A stretch of 64,000 nucleotides of DNA from Diplonema japonicum. Its lineage: Eukaryota > Protista > Euglenozoa: Diplonemea. Shown here one piece after another: positions 32,401 to 41,837 of this stretch. Location of the stretch: positions 1 through 64,000 of the forward strand of contig OZ025751.1 of the NCBI GenBank assembly GCA_964019335.1. The letters are read 5' to 3'. The notes beneath the pieces are model-generated. The model was not told the DNA's origin, did not search any database, and saw only the letters and a list, made by a program, of their open reading frames with translations. The translations under genes were made by a program, and so were the position numbers. Each line of letters begins with the position of its first letter. The first letter of the stretch is position 1.

Positions 32401-33002
32401 TCGTTCGCCTGGTCGAAAGTTAACATAAACGCATCACCGATTGTCTTCACCTCGTACCCTTGGTACCTGGAGTACGCCATGCGGATGGTTGTGTTGTGAA
32501 GCCTCATTGCCATCTTCATGTCCTCAGGGTGACGCCGCCATAGAACAGATGATGCTTCGATATCTGTGAAGACAAATGTGACTTTTCCTTTTGGTGCTGT
32601 TACGCTTACAGGTGTGAAAATGTGTTCTTTTAAGCTGGAGCTGGACGAGGCCGGGAGCATTTGATCCTCCTCGCGGCCGATTGAGATTTGAAGAGACAGG
32701 AGATGGTCTCTCAGATGTTTCGTCTCTTCCGTCGTGCTGAACGCTGTGTGGTTGTTGAAACCCGCGTCTTTGACCTCCCCGTGGGTCAGCATCACTAAAA
32801 ATCTGTTCGCTGATTTCAATGGTTCTGCGATGTGCTTTTTGGTAAGCACCATTGTGAGTGCGGTACCCGCTGCCACCATGACCGTCATCCCTGCAGCTAC
32901 CACGCCGACGTGTAGATCCGTCTGGCTCAACCCCAACACCACCCCGCTGCTGATTATGGATGACAAGAACGTCAGCACACCTACTAGTGTTACCACATCC
33001 AT
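29463..33002 (-). CDS. Membrane class III adenylate cyclase-cytochrome b5-globin-FAD/NAD(P)H reductase fusion
   Basis: Two N-terminal TM segments plus a HAMP-like region; cyclase FTDIE, EVKTIGDAFM, DYFGHTVNTAARIE; second degenerate cyclase; b5 YDVSAF..HPGG..HS; 3/3 globin (F-CD1, H-E7, H-F8); RHYS, GGGTGCVP, CGSPVF. Confidence 0.9.
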   Translation of the reverse strand: MDVVTLVGVLTFLSSIISSGVVLGLSQTDLHVGVVAAGMTVMVAAGTALTMVLTKKHIAEPLKSANRFLVMLTHGEVKDAGFNNHTAFSTTEETKHLRDHLLSLQISIGREEDQMLPASSSSSLKEHIFTPVSVTAPKGKVTFVFTDIEASSVLWRRHPEDMKMAMRLHNTTIRMAYSRYQGYEVKTIGDAFMLTFDQANDAIRFCCDAQNDLLNCDWPEDILLDTLCAPITKAGQLIYRGMRVRMGVHTGDVATEIDPVSNRADYFGHTVNTAARIESSGIGGCIVCSAVVLQNINPSLLKCAIVPLGTLELKGVGQCVLHGVIPTDISERGAQLATKKTPMESSLKQQHTPTNSAGSKGKFFKMIIKDLYNDRLLSDSLVKSAINKFLLSDELQPLNATVIQIRIGPNVEKLPVFMSTIGTLAKRTFGVMLNTAATTISLVWVCQAHAVQAVSFAASLFSETISSPDFRLYMGMASGGVLFGITNPGEDKHIVTCVGGPVDLSFALAEAAELLDMTCLVPGTIVAGAPSLTRLLRPIDRWPFHGMSQTYVEVNELHLPALADAEKWDILYGMYEDSSWCDESYRAAYDDVQNGDLTQMEEIGKRWPNDIVVKRILQNEGAQMTRTTYLPGLHVKTKNAAGDTENLEAAWKRTTAASRSARSELVYMEGWAYDVSAFMHSHPGGREIFKEFLGKDMTDAFRGQGDGKSHDHSTYASDILRTLRVFKTDNLATNESNMMIVRDTWKQLRSVGLKEIGVLLFRTMFEKHPEYLQFFPWGSQKRVYESKGMADHGLQVMTAVDKAVTDLSKAHEVAHILHELGKTHIRFGIKKPMFDVMATAFDVTLRSVLQERYTPQVRYAWNQTIRHIILMAKDGIADIREDHDNAIVSGEYRAMQYVRREARTHNTSLFVFHLHGISEQYFAPGSHASVRFSGKLSRHYSILNVLNDELWILVKLNQGRQSSKELNALTPDSLVEVRGPVLAEHQYVKGQDLLLIGGGTGCVPLLSMARASLKDGGKVWFIVCADTFGDVAFKHELEEYKDFGGEFNVKFLFTKGKSAPDGLDPILSPILATEHLEAFFPSLSGDNHVVICGSPVFNTNIRSVVLSLGYTFTVMGALSHEGGVFSHAPSPQVKQLKPHNAHIILPSSDGSPFPVNSILETPEQNYLALPGAAGSSPAA

Positions 33003-33190
33003 TTTTTCTCTCTTTTTTTTTTATTGAGTTGTGCTTGTGACGGTGACCCCCCACAGCCCCCCCACCCCAGAAAAGGGTCGCACCTGATTTTCTTTTTGAG
33101 GTTTTTTAATTTTGTTTCGATCACTGGAAAAAAAAAAAGAGAAAAAAAAACACAAAAAATTACTAAAAGGTGTAAATGAGAATTTTTTTT

Positions 33191-35530
33191 TTATCGGCTG
33201 GACTTCGCCTTGGGGGACCCCGGTTTTTCTTGTTTGTCGAACCCCGCCTCGGCCAGCACATCGGGCGTGGACGTGATCAGCATGCTGTAGTAGAGCTCCT
33301 TCTGCGTGACGTTGGAGGAGTCGTCCCTCCCCTTCAGCATTCTGCACCGCTTGATGACGTCATCCACGATGGCGGGGATCCTTTTACTGTTTTTGAAAGT
33401 GGATTTGATGATGCTTTTGACCTGAGTTCTAGTGAAGACCACATCGATGTCCAACACACAGGCAGGGTTGATCATGTTGGGCTCAACGAGCTTCGCGGAG
33501 ACAGCATGGGCGCAACACATTGCTGTGTTCAGAAGGTTTAAGTAAGTCACGTCCCATATCCCGAGGAGGAAGTTGCTGAAGATAGAGTAGATCAAATCGT
33601 GTCCGGAGTACTTGTCAAGCATAGTGAGGATCCCTTCTATACAAGCATCCACGTTTTCCTTGGTCAGCAGGCTTTCATAAAGGTGATCGTAAAGGAACAC
33701 AGACAGCTCCGGACGTTTCTTCTTCTGTGTGTCGCAAACGTAGTTCGACGTGATTTTTAAATTCAACACGGTGGAGACGAGTTGGCTCAGCCACGTGACT
33801 GGTTTCACGATAGGAGATCTGCAGCATGCTGCCCATGCTTCGCGAAGCCTCACATCCCTGGAGTGGAAAAACGTTATGATTCCCTTAGGTATGTCACCTG
33901 CTAGAACTCTGTCGCAATGGCCTCTCCACACGCTTTGAATTCGTATCGCGGCCGTGATCCTCAACATGATCTGTTGGAAATTGGTACGCTTCACATTAGG
34001 GTTGTCGTCTTCGTCGAGACTTTGAAACGATTTTCCAGTTCGACGTTTTGTAGGGGTGGTTGGTTTTGAAGGGGGTTGGGATGTGTGGCCCATTCGAGAT
34101 TCGTCGGTCTGGGTATGTTTAGTGTCCATGTCCGTGCGTCCTGTCATTTGCGATCGGATCATCTCTCGCATCATGAGGATTTTGACGCGTTGTTCGATGT
34201 CGGTGCCCCATTTTGTGAGAAGCGTGCTGACCTCGTCGCACTCCGAGCCCAACCCTTCGCACAGAACCGCTTCTTTTTCCTTGCTTCCGAGTATGGGCGG
34301 GTGTTCCATTGCGTCGTTCGCTCCTTCCCGTGAGGTTATCGCTTCCAACTTCGCGATGATCGCCTCCACCCCGTTGAACGCTGCAATGCACGGGCCCCAT
34401 CGTTTTTCACGCTGTTCCAATACAGAACCGTCCATGAACACACCGCTTCCCCCGAAGAGGGAGGCTCGCCGGGATAATTTCATTGTCGTGCTTTCCATCA
34501 CCGGTGCGGGGAATCCATTTATCACTTTCAATGGTTTTGGTTGCACCACCATCGGTGCTTCGGTAAAAGGTGTTGTTTCTACCGTGTTGTAAGGTAGACC
34601 GTTGAACGCGTTGTTCTGTTGCTTCTCTCGGAGCTTGCAGGCGAGAACCGAGTCGCGGCGGTGTTGTTGCCGTTTTCTCTTTGCGTCTATTTCCATGGGA
34701 TTTTCCGCGGATTCACCGCTTGACAGGCTCCCTACAGGCGATACTGGCGTTACGTCGGGCAGGCCGTCGAGACCTTGCTCCCATATTATCTCGAATGTCT
34801 CTCCGCTCGGCTCGTCAGGATCGACATTCTCCGCGACTTGGTGTTCTACAGCATCAACCATATCCCGGACTTTCTGCAGAATCCCTGTCGTTTTATCCCA
34901 ACACATCCCTGCAGTGGGTTCCTCCCCTACGTCCATCCCCGCTGCCTGTCGTATAAATGACGATTCTTTTTTCAATAAAATCGTATCGCTCTCTCTCCGC
35001 CGATAAGGAGGCGGATTCTCGGCAGATCTAGGACGTGGGACAGGTGTTGGGATAGGAGATTGAACACGGTGTCCGGTGCTGGAATGGGGTCGGGGGCGGT
35101 CTTCTTTCCGTTTTTTGTGAGATTTCATATCTGAGGGATGGATGGGGGTATCTGCCCATGGCGTGGGTTGTGGTGTTGCTGTGCGTGGCCGTACAGGTGT
35201 GTTGATTTTTTTTGATTGTCTTTCTACTGCGGAAGATGGGCGTCCATCTTTACGGTTGGGCCGAACCAGATGAGTGGAGCTATCGTCGTCTTCCACGTTG
35301 AGCTCCATGGGCTCGCTTGATCCGTGGAGTCTTGCGATGGTTTGATAGTACTGCATCTCGTCACGGGGAGCGTGCTTCTGGAGTACACTCGTCGCCTCCG
35401 CGTCTTCCAGAACTTTTTTCACGTACCACATGGTCTCCTTCTTCTCCCCCGCTATCCTCAGCAACCTTCGCAGAAATCTCGCATTATTTCTTGAGAACAA
35501 CTGGTTGTCTGCTTTTATCGTTTCATTCAT
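33191..35530 (-). CDS. Hypothetical protein with an IQ calmodulin-binding motif
   Basis: ~779-aa ORF from the ATG after an A-tract; AAIRIQSVWRGHCDR. Confidence 0.7.
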   Translation of the reverse strand: MNETIKADNQLFSRNNARFLRRLLRIAGEKKETMWYVKKVLEDAEATSVLQKHAPRDEMQYYQTIARLHGSSEPMELNVEDDDSSTHLVRPNRKDGRPSSAVERQSKKINTPVRPRTATPQPTPWADTPIHPSDMKSHKKRKEDRPRPHSSTGHRVQSPIPTPVPRPRSAENPPPYRRRESDTILLKKESSFIRQAAGMDVGEEPTAGMCWDKTTGILQKVRDMVDAVEHQVAENVDPDEPSGETFEIIWEQGLDGLPDVTPVSPVGSLSSGESAENPMEIDAKRKRQQHRRDSVLACKLREKQQNNAFNGLPYNTVETTPFTEAPMVVQPKPLKVINGFPAPVMESTTMKLSRRASLFGGSGVFMDGSVLEQREKRWGPCIAAFNGVEAIIAKLEAITSREGANDAMEHPPILGSKEKEAVLCEGLGSECDEVSTLLTKWGTDIEQRVKILMMREMIRSQMTGRTDMDTKHTQTDESRMGHTSQPPSKPTTPTKRRTGKSFQSLDEDDNPNVKRTNFQQIMLRITAAIRIQSVWRGHCDRVLAGDIPKGIITFFHSRDVRLREAWAACCRSPIVKPVTWLSQLVSTVLNLKITSNYVCDTQKKKRPELSVFLYDHLYESLLTKENVDACIEGILTMLDKYSGHDLIYSIFSNFLLGIWDVTYLNLLNTAMCCAHAVSAKLVEPNMINPACVLDIDVVFTRTQVKSIIKSTFKNSKRIPAIVDDVIKRCRMLKGRDDSSNVTQKELYYSMLITSTPDVLAEAGFDKQEKPGSPKAKSSR

Positions 35531-36536
35531 TTTTTTTTTAAATTTTTTTTTTCCTTTAGAAATATTATTTTTTTTTTGTTTGTAGTTTGTAGTTTGCATT
35601 TGGGAGGGAAAAAAAAAAGAGAAAAAAAAAACCATACAATCATTACCAACGACAAAAAAAAAGAGTCATTATTATTTTTTTTTTAAAAAACTCGAGGGGG
35701 GATATAAGAAAGAAAGAAAAAGAAATATATGAGTTAAAGGAGGCCGGTGTTGGCGGCGCCCTGCAAGAAAAAGCTAACGAGGGTAAAAATAATGGCCCTC
35801 TGGTGGCTTTTTTTTTTTAAATTTTTTTGTTTTATTTGGTGGTAAGGTAGGAGAGTTTTTTTTTTTTCCTTCTAATTTGGTTTTCACCTTTCAGGGGGGG
35901 GGGGGGGGGGTTAAGTCACTCGGTTGCTGCTTCCTATTACCGATGAAGATCTGGTCCAGTTCACACAATGTTTCACCCTTTTTTTTGCTTTTGCTTTTAT
36001 TTTATTTTTTCTGGTGGTGATATTTTGTGTTGGAATCTCATAAGTTTGTAGGATAGCGGGTCTTCCCTAGCTAGCGAGTGAAATAAAAAAAAAAAAAAAA
36101 AAAAAAAACGAGAAAGGGTGAATTAAATTATTCTTTTTTTTTCTTTTTTTGTTCTTTCGCTATACAGCATATTCGAGATGCTGTTGGGGGTTTTTTTTTT
36201 TTGAATTCGGGTTCATGCAGAGGGGGAAGGACGATTGTATAACAAGAAAAACAGAAGGAAAAAGAAAAAGTAAGCAACACATGGTTTTCTCTCTATTTTG
36301 GTGTCGCTCTGCGCAAAGATGCGATTAATTTTTGATAGTTTTTCCAAGCAAAGACCAATCTGCAAATTTTCAGCAGTCAGCACCAAAAAATAAGAGACAA
36401 GTGAAGCTCACCAACATAATTCCCCCCCTTCTCCTTCTATGCATTTTGCGGATTTTGTTTTTTTTTTTTATAGATATGGCACGACGAACAACATGCGGAT
36501 TGTAATACTTAAAAACGCATATTAAAATTCACGATC

Positions 36537-36570
<34 letters not shown>

Positions 36571-36961
36571 AAACAGAAAAAAAAAAAGTAGAAAAAGGGA
36601 GGGGGCACTCACAAAGATTTTTTTTTTTCCTTCTAACTGAGCTTAGAAAAAAGAAAAAAAAAAAGAAGAGGGGAGAGGAGAAATAAAAAAAAAAAAAAGA
36701 GGGAAGAGGAAAAAATAATCCAGGCTGCACATGATCAAGTAAGAAGGGTAGGGCAAAAAAAAAGTTTTTTTTCAAAAATATAATTCAAGCGCGCCTATGT
36801 CTCCCCCCCCCCCCAACCCTTCAGTGTTTTCTGATCTCTTTATGCCACAAGATCGCTTCTGAGAAAAAGACCTTGCTCGGGTCTCACGGAAGCGATGATA
36901 AAGAATCGCTTTTTTTTTTTTTTTTTTTTTTCTTTTTTTTTTATGTCACAAACAAAAAAAT

Positions 36962-39900
36962 TCATGTTGCACTTCTAGGGTAGTTCTCCAGGAGGTTCTT
37001 CAGCACATCCACCCCACGCAGCAAATTCTCAACACGGATTCTCTCATTGGGGAGGTGCGCTGAGTCCTTCGACTGCCCCAAAGGGAGCTGCACCACCGGG
37101 ACTTGGAGACCTTCCTGAATATTATGCAACACAGACATGGTGCCCCCATCCCGCACACACAACGGGTCACATCCCCAGGTTTGCTTCACAGCCTCGTAGG
37201 TGGCCGTGAAAATCGGCGAGTCTACAGGACCTTCCCACCAAGGGGAGTCACACAGCTGGGTGATCTCCAGCGTGTTCGGCGAGCTTCGCCGTGCAAACTC
37301 ATGATTGAGGTGTTTTTCCAAGCAAGTTGCTACATTGCAACTATTCTGACCTGAGACAGTCCGTACGCTGATGGAAGCTCCTGCCTCATAGGCGATGGCC
37401 CGCCTTGTTGCCGTTGTGTCACTCTTAGGGGTGTCGATAGATGTAATGCAGAGGGACGGCTGCAGCCAGTTCTGTCTGAGAAGCATCATTCTCATCTCCA
37501 TGGTGGGCATCCACTTGTTGCTGTCGCCTCTGAATCCAGGGGTCCCCAGGGAGGCTTGCATCTCTTCCAAGTCCAACACAGTGGCGGCTTTTAAAAGTGA
37601 TTCGTTGTCGTGTCCCGTTGGTGGTTTTACACCTGAGTAGAAGTCCGGTACGCACACCCTGCCACTGGGGTCCACTAGGTTGCCGATGATGCCTAGGAGG
37701 TCGTGGAGGGGTTCTGCGACAAGGCCTCCATGTGTCCCTGTGTGTAGTTCTTTCTCAGGGCCTACCACCCTGACCTTCATGTCGACCACACCCCTTGCGC
37801 CGTAGCACAGGCATGGGTGGGTGTTGTCCATCCATGTGCTGTTTGTCACAACAGCACCTACCACACCGTCCAGCCAGCCTGTTTGGCGTGCTTTGGCTAT
37901 CGCCGCCTTGAGGCACCCGCTCGCCATGTTTTCCTCGTCCCCTTCGCAGATGAACAGCACGTTCACATTAAGATCGCCTTTTTCAAGAAGTTTCTTCACC
38001 GCTTGTATCTGCGCCACGGCGGGTCCCTTGTTGTCAGTGACGCCCCTGCCGTACACATACCCGTCATGCCCTGTGAGCACCCATGGGGAGAGTGGTGTGT
38101 TCTGCAGTCCCCATCCTTCCCCTGCAGGTACGACATCGTAGTGGGAGTACAGCACGATGGTCGGGAGGGAGGCGTTCCACCCTAGGCGGGCAAAGACAAC
38201 GGGGTTGCTGTTGTCTGTGGTGTGGGTGATGACGGTGGAGCCGATGCTTTCGTACTGAGACATGATCCAGCGTGCTGCACCGTGGCATGCTGTGGAGTTG
38301 CACCACACGGACGGGAAGCTCACGAACTCTTTCAGCATGCCGACCACCTCGTCCTTGAAGAACAGGGGCGACGGGGCGACATTCGTCTTCCCCGGCAGCT
38401 TGACATCGAAAATACGCACCTCGCCACCCTTCTCGCCGCCCACTGCGATGGTCATGGTGCTGTCTGTCTGTGCCAGCACATGGATAATCATATGCGACGC
38501 AGAGGTGGTGAGGTACCCACAGCCCTCGACGGCCCTTCGTGTGCTCTTTCCCTCGCCAGGCAGCTCCCAGCATGAGAGGTCGAATTTGTCGTCAGCTACG
38601 AAGCTTGATAAGACGAAACCGTTGCAATGCTGTACGTTGAGGACAGGGGACAGATTGGAGTGCCGCAGCGTGCGCAGACACCTCCTGCCCTGCACGTCCC
38701 ACTCTCTGATCGTGGTGTCGAATGAGCCGGAGATTGCATGCGAGCCGATTCTTGCCAAGCTCGTCACCCCTCCAGTGTGGCCCACTAGCGACCCGACATA
38801 TTTGGTGTCCTGCCAGATCAGCAGCCTTCCGTCTCCACCCGCAGTAACAAGCTCGTCGCCCACAAGGCACATGTCGTATACGAACCCGTTGTGCTGTTCC
38901 TCCTTAGTCCCGACAGCCTCCGCAAGCCGCTCGGGTCTGAATTTTCCCCCTTTCGCGCCCCCTACTTTGGTCATGTCAACTGTGAAGAAGCGTATGCTCT
39001 TGGACCTGCTCTTTGCTTTATGCAGCTCGTCTCGGTATTCCCATAGTTTCAACCGCAACAGCTGCGGCGACTGGAACCCGAGGTAGAGCCGCTCGGCGTC
39101 CCCGCAGAGGGAGAGCAGCAGCCCGTTGCTGGGCGTGAACTTCAAAACAGATAAACACGTCATGCTCCCCATGGGGACGTCAGGCGCGCAGCATACCACG
39201 TCGCCGATGTTCCATATACGAAGCTCATTGTGCGAAGAAGAGAAGAGGAGGTCCCTGTCGGCGGCCTCGTCGACCAGAAGGGCGAGCACGGGGCCTGGAT
39301 GCCGACGGGGTTCGGTGGCCTGCGAAATAGCGAGGTTCCAAATGGTGACAGATCCGTCTTGTGTACCGCTGATGAGAAAAGCACCATTGCGGCACGATGT
39401 GAGGGATGTGGTGGGAGAACCATGGCTGGTGAACGTCGTGCTCAGCCCCGCTTTGAGCGGCTCAGACTGCTCACCGTCTTGACACGGCACGTCATGCTGC
39501 CCCTGCAGCAGATCGATAACAGAGGAAACGTGTTTCGGCTTCTTGGGAAACTGCACGAACGTAACGTCAATATGGCTAGTGGTACACCTGCACATGACGA
39601 TATGATTCGCGGGGACGGGCATCCACTCGTCACGTGCGGTGGAGAGGGGCTCGGATGAGATGATAATGGTTCTATTCCGACGATCCGTTTGCTGCATGTG
39701 GTACATCCCCTTTTCCTTCTCGGTCCAAACCGACCCAGTTGACAGGTAAAGGGACGCAGCATTGCTGGAGCAATCGACATCATCGTCCTCCTGTGCAGAA
39801 GCTACCGATGACGCATCCTCATCGCTGTCCGACTGCACAGGATTGTCCACTACTCGTGAGGCAAGGACGACCCTCCCATCCGTGACTATAAAGTTGAGAA

Positions 39901-40561
39901 GTGACGTCGATGCTACCTTACATTGTGCGTTTGCTGCTATTATTTCAGACACAGTCTCCCCCAAGGTGTCGAGGATGGTTGTGGGTGGATACGTCTGTGC
40001 CCATGGGTCGCCTGAATTTTTCTCGCTTTTCTCGGCTAGCTTCGTGAGGAACAGGCCAAATGCTACTATGGAATCGATGGCACTGTGTTTCATGCACAGA
40101 GCAAAGCTTCGTTCGTCCAACTGCCCGATTAGGCTGCGTTGTGTTTTCTCGAACTCGCCCAGCAAACCGTTGTGCATCCACAGAAATTTCCCTGCACGGA
40201 AGGGGTGGCATGTTACTTCACCCACTGGCGTGCCTGGTCCGGCTGCACGGACGTGTGCTAGGACGACAGACGACCGGATTTTTTCCGCGAGGTTTTCAAG
40301 ATTTTGGTCGTTCCAAGCAGGTTTCGTTGAGGTGAACACACACGGGGAACTGTCGCCCTTTGTGTACCACCCGACCCCGTACCCGTCCCCGTTTAGGTAA
40401 GGCTGCTCATATGACAGATTCGGCAGCTGTCCAGGAGGAAGCTTTGCCCGTTCCTGACTGCAGAAACTCTGCCTTATGATGCTCCTCGAAGGCCGTGTTA
40501 CTATGTCGCTTAACAGAACACCCTCTTCGTCGCATGTTAACACCATGCACATTCGGCACAT
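36962..40561 (-). CDS. Class II glutamine amidotransferase (Dug3/EgtC-like)-WD40-M20 peptidase (Dug2-like) fusion
   Basis: N-terminal MCR, NGDGYGVGWY, PAWND.NL, AHVRAA, CHPF, WMHNG, SEPL; WD repeats (GHTGGV..SGSFDTTIREWD); M20 HYDVVP, GRGVTDNKGP, EGDEE, HTGTHGG, AHLPNERI. Confidence 0.92.
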   Translation of the reverse strand: MCRMCMVLTCDEEGVLLSDIVTRPSRSIIRQSFCSQERAKLPPGQLPNLSYEQPYLNGDGYGVGWYTKGDSSPCVFTSTKPAWNDQNLENLAEKIRSSVVLAHVRAAGPGTPVGEVTCHPFRAGKFLWMHNGLLGEFEKTQRSLIGQLDERSFALCMKHSAIDSIVAFGLFLTKLAEKSEKNSGDPWAQTYPPTTILDTLGETVSEIIAANAQCKVASTSLLNFIVTDGRVVLASRVVDNPVQSDSDEDASSVASAQEDDDVDCSSNAASLYLSTGSVWTEKEKGMYHMQQTDRRNRTIIISSEPLSTARDEWMPVPANHIVMCRCTTSHIDVTFVQFPKKPKHVSSVIDLLQGQHDVPCQDGEQSEPLKAGLSTTFTSHGSPTTSLTSCRNGAFLISGTQDGSVTIWNLAISQATEPRRHPGPVLALLVDEAADRDLLFSSSHNELRIWNIGDVVCCAPDVPMGSMTCLSVLKFTPSNGLLLSLCGDAERLYLGFQSPQLLRLKLWEYRDELHKAKSRSKSIRFFTVDMTKVGGAKGGKFRPERLAEAVGTKEEQHNGFVYDMCLVGDELVTAGGDGRLLIWQDTKYVGSLVGHTGGVTSLARIGSHAISGSFDTTIREWDVQGRRCLRTLRHSNLSPVLNVQHCNGFVLSSFVADDKFDLSCWELPGEGKSTRRAVEGCGYLTTSASHMIIHVLAQTDSTMTIAVGGEKGGEVRIFDVKLPGKTNVAPSPLFFKDEVVGMLKEFVSFPSVWCNSTACHGAARWIMSQYESIGSTVITHTTDNSNPVVFARLGWNASLPTIVLYSHYDVVPAGEGWGLQNTPLSPWVLTGHDGYVYGRGVTDNKGPAVAQIQAVKKLLEKGDLNVNVLFICEGDEENMASGCLKAAIAKARQTGWLDGVVGAVVTNSTWMDNTHPCLCYGARGVVDMKVRVVGPEKELHTGTHGGLVAEPLHDLLGIIGNLVDPSGRVCVPDFYSGVKPPTGHDNESLLKAATVLDLEEMQASLGTPGFRGDSNKWMPTMEMRMMLLRQNWLQPSLCITSIDTPKSDTTATRRAIAYEAGASISVRTVSGQNSCNVATCLEKHLNHEFARRSSPNTLEITQLCDSPWWEGPVDSPIFTATYEAVKQTWGCDPLCVRDGGTMSVLHNIQEGLQVPVVQLPLGQSKDSAHLPNERIRVENLLRGVDVLKNLLENYPRSAT

Positions 40562-40712
40562 TTTTTACAAAAACTTTTCCCCCCCTCCTCCTCCCCACCC
40601 CTTCGCCCCTCTTTTGTGAATGAAAAAAAAAAAAAAAAAAAAAAGAGCAAGAAAAAAAAAGGGAAAAAAAAAAGGTACACATGTGCATTTTACATAAAAA
40701 AAAGTTTTTTTT

Positions 40713-41219
40713 TTATCCAATTGGGAGGAGATCTATGCGCAGTCCGCAACCGGGGGGCACTTCAGGATTCGAAGGCGGTGAACGCGGGGTGGACTGAGAA
40801 GATGAAGGTGGTAATGCGGTCCTGTCAGCTGGGTGGCCTTGGGGCATAGTGTGTGTTGATGTGTCTGCGTAAAAAGAGACTTCTTGCACAGGGCAGGTTC
40901 GGCTTAACTGGTTCGCAACGGTTTGTGAGATTCCTCGAGGCACCGTAGCCGGTGTGGTTATTGCCGCAGCTTTGTTCTTCTTCGCCAGCTTGTTACCAAG
41001 ATAGTATTTTTGAAACCGTTGCTGTGCCTGGGGTGCCGCAACATCTTCCCTTTGAAGCCCCTCATTCACAAAATATCTAAAATCGGGAGTCCTCCGCGGC
41101 CACTCCTTTCTCATCTTGTTGCACCGCAGCTCTGCATTCTCCAACAGCAGTTTTCTTAGTTCTGAAATCTCAGCCCTCGTGCGGGCCTCTTCCTCAAGGG
41201 TGAAAAATCCTTTATTCAT
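40713..41219 (-). CDS. Hypothetical protein (168 aa)
   Basis: ATG after an A-tract, complex sequence between homopolymeric spacers, same strand as neighbours. Confidence 0.55.
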   Translation of the reverse strand: MNKGFFTLEEEARTRAEISELRKLLLENAELRCNKMRKEWPRRTPDFRYFVNEGLQREDVAAPQAQQRFQKYYLGNKLAKKNKAAAITTPATVPRGISQTVANQLSRTCPVQEVSFYADTSTHTMPQGHPADRTALPPSSSQSTPRSPPSNPEVPPGCGLRIDLLPIG

Positions 41220-41803
41220 TTCTTTTTTTTTTTTTTTATTGTTGGAGCATTTTTTTTTTTTCCCCCCGTTCTGTGGTACTTTTTAAGCCGGGAAAAAAAA
41301 ATGGATGAAACAGGAGGAAAAAAAAAAGGGGGAGGAGAAAGAAATACCAAATAAAAACAAAAACAAAAAAAAAAAAAGAAGAAGGCATGGGTGGCTAATC
41401 AAGAATATAAAAAAGAAGAAAAAAAACAGATTTTTTGGCGAAGGCAGTAGTACGGTCCCTCCCCCCCCTTCCAGTCAAGTGCTCGCTGCCTGCCACTCTA
41501 CCCTAGTTGGTGTTACTAGTGAAGCCAGTGGGATGAGCAATGGGGAAGGGAAATTAAAAAAAAAAAGAAACCAGGAAAAATTTAAAAAAAAAAAAAAAAG
41601 CTCCTCCTTATTTTTTTTTACCAACCCTCCCCCTCTTTTCTTTTTTTTTTTTTTAATTCTCCAAAGAAATAAAAAATAAATATAAATAAAACGAACTTTT
41701 TTTTTTAATGAATAAATGAAACTTACCTCCCCCCCTCCCCCGTGTCTTCATCTCCAATAAATCCAAGAATAATAAAAAAAAAAAAAAAACCTTACCCTTT
41801 TTT

Positions 41804-41832
<29 letters not shown>

Positions 41833-41837
<5 letters not shown>

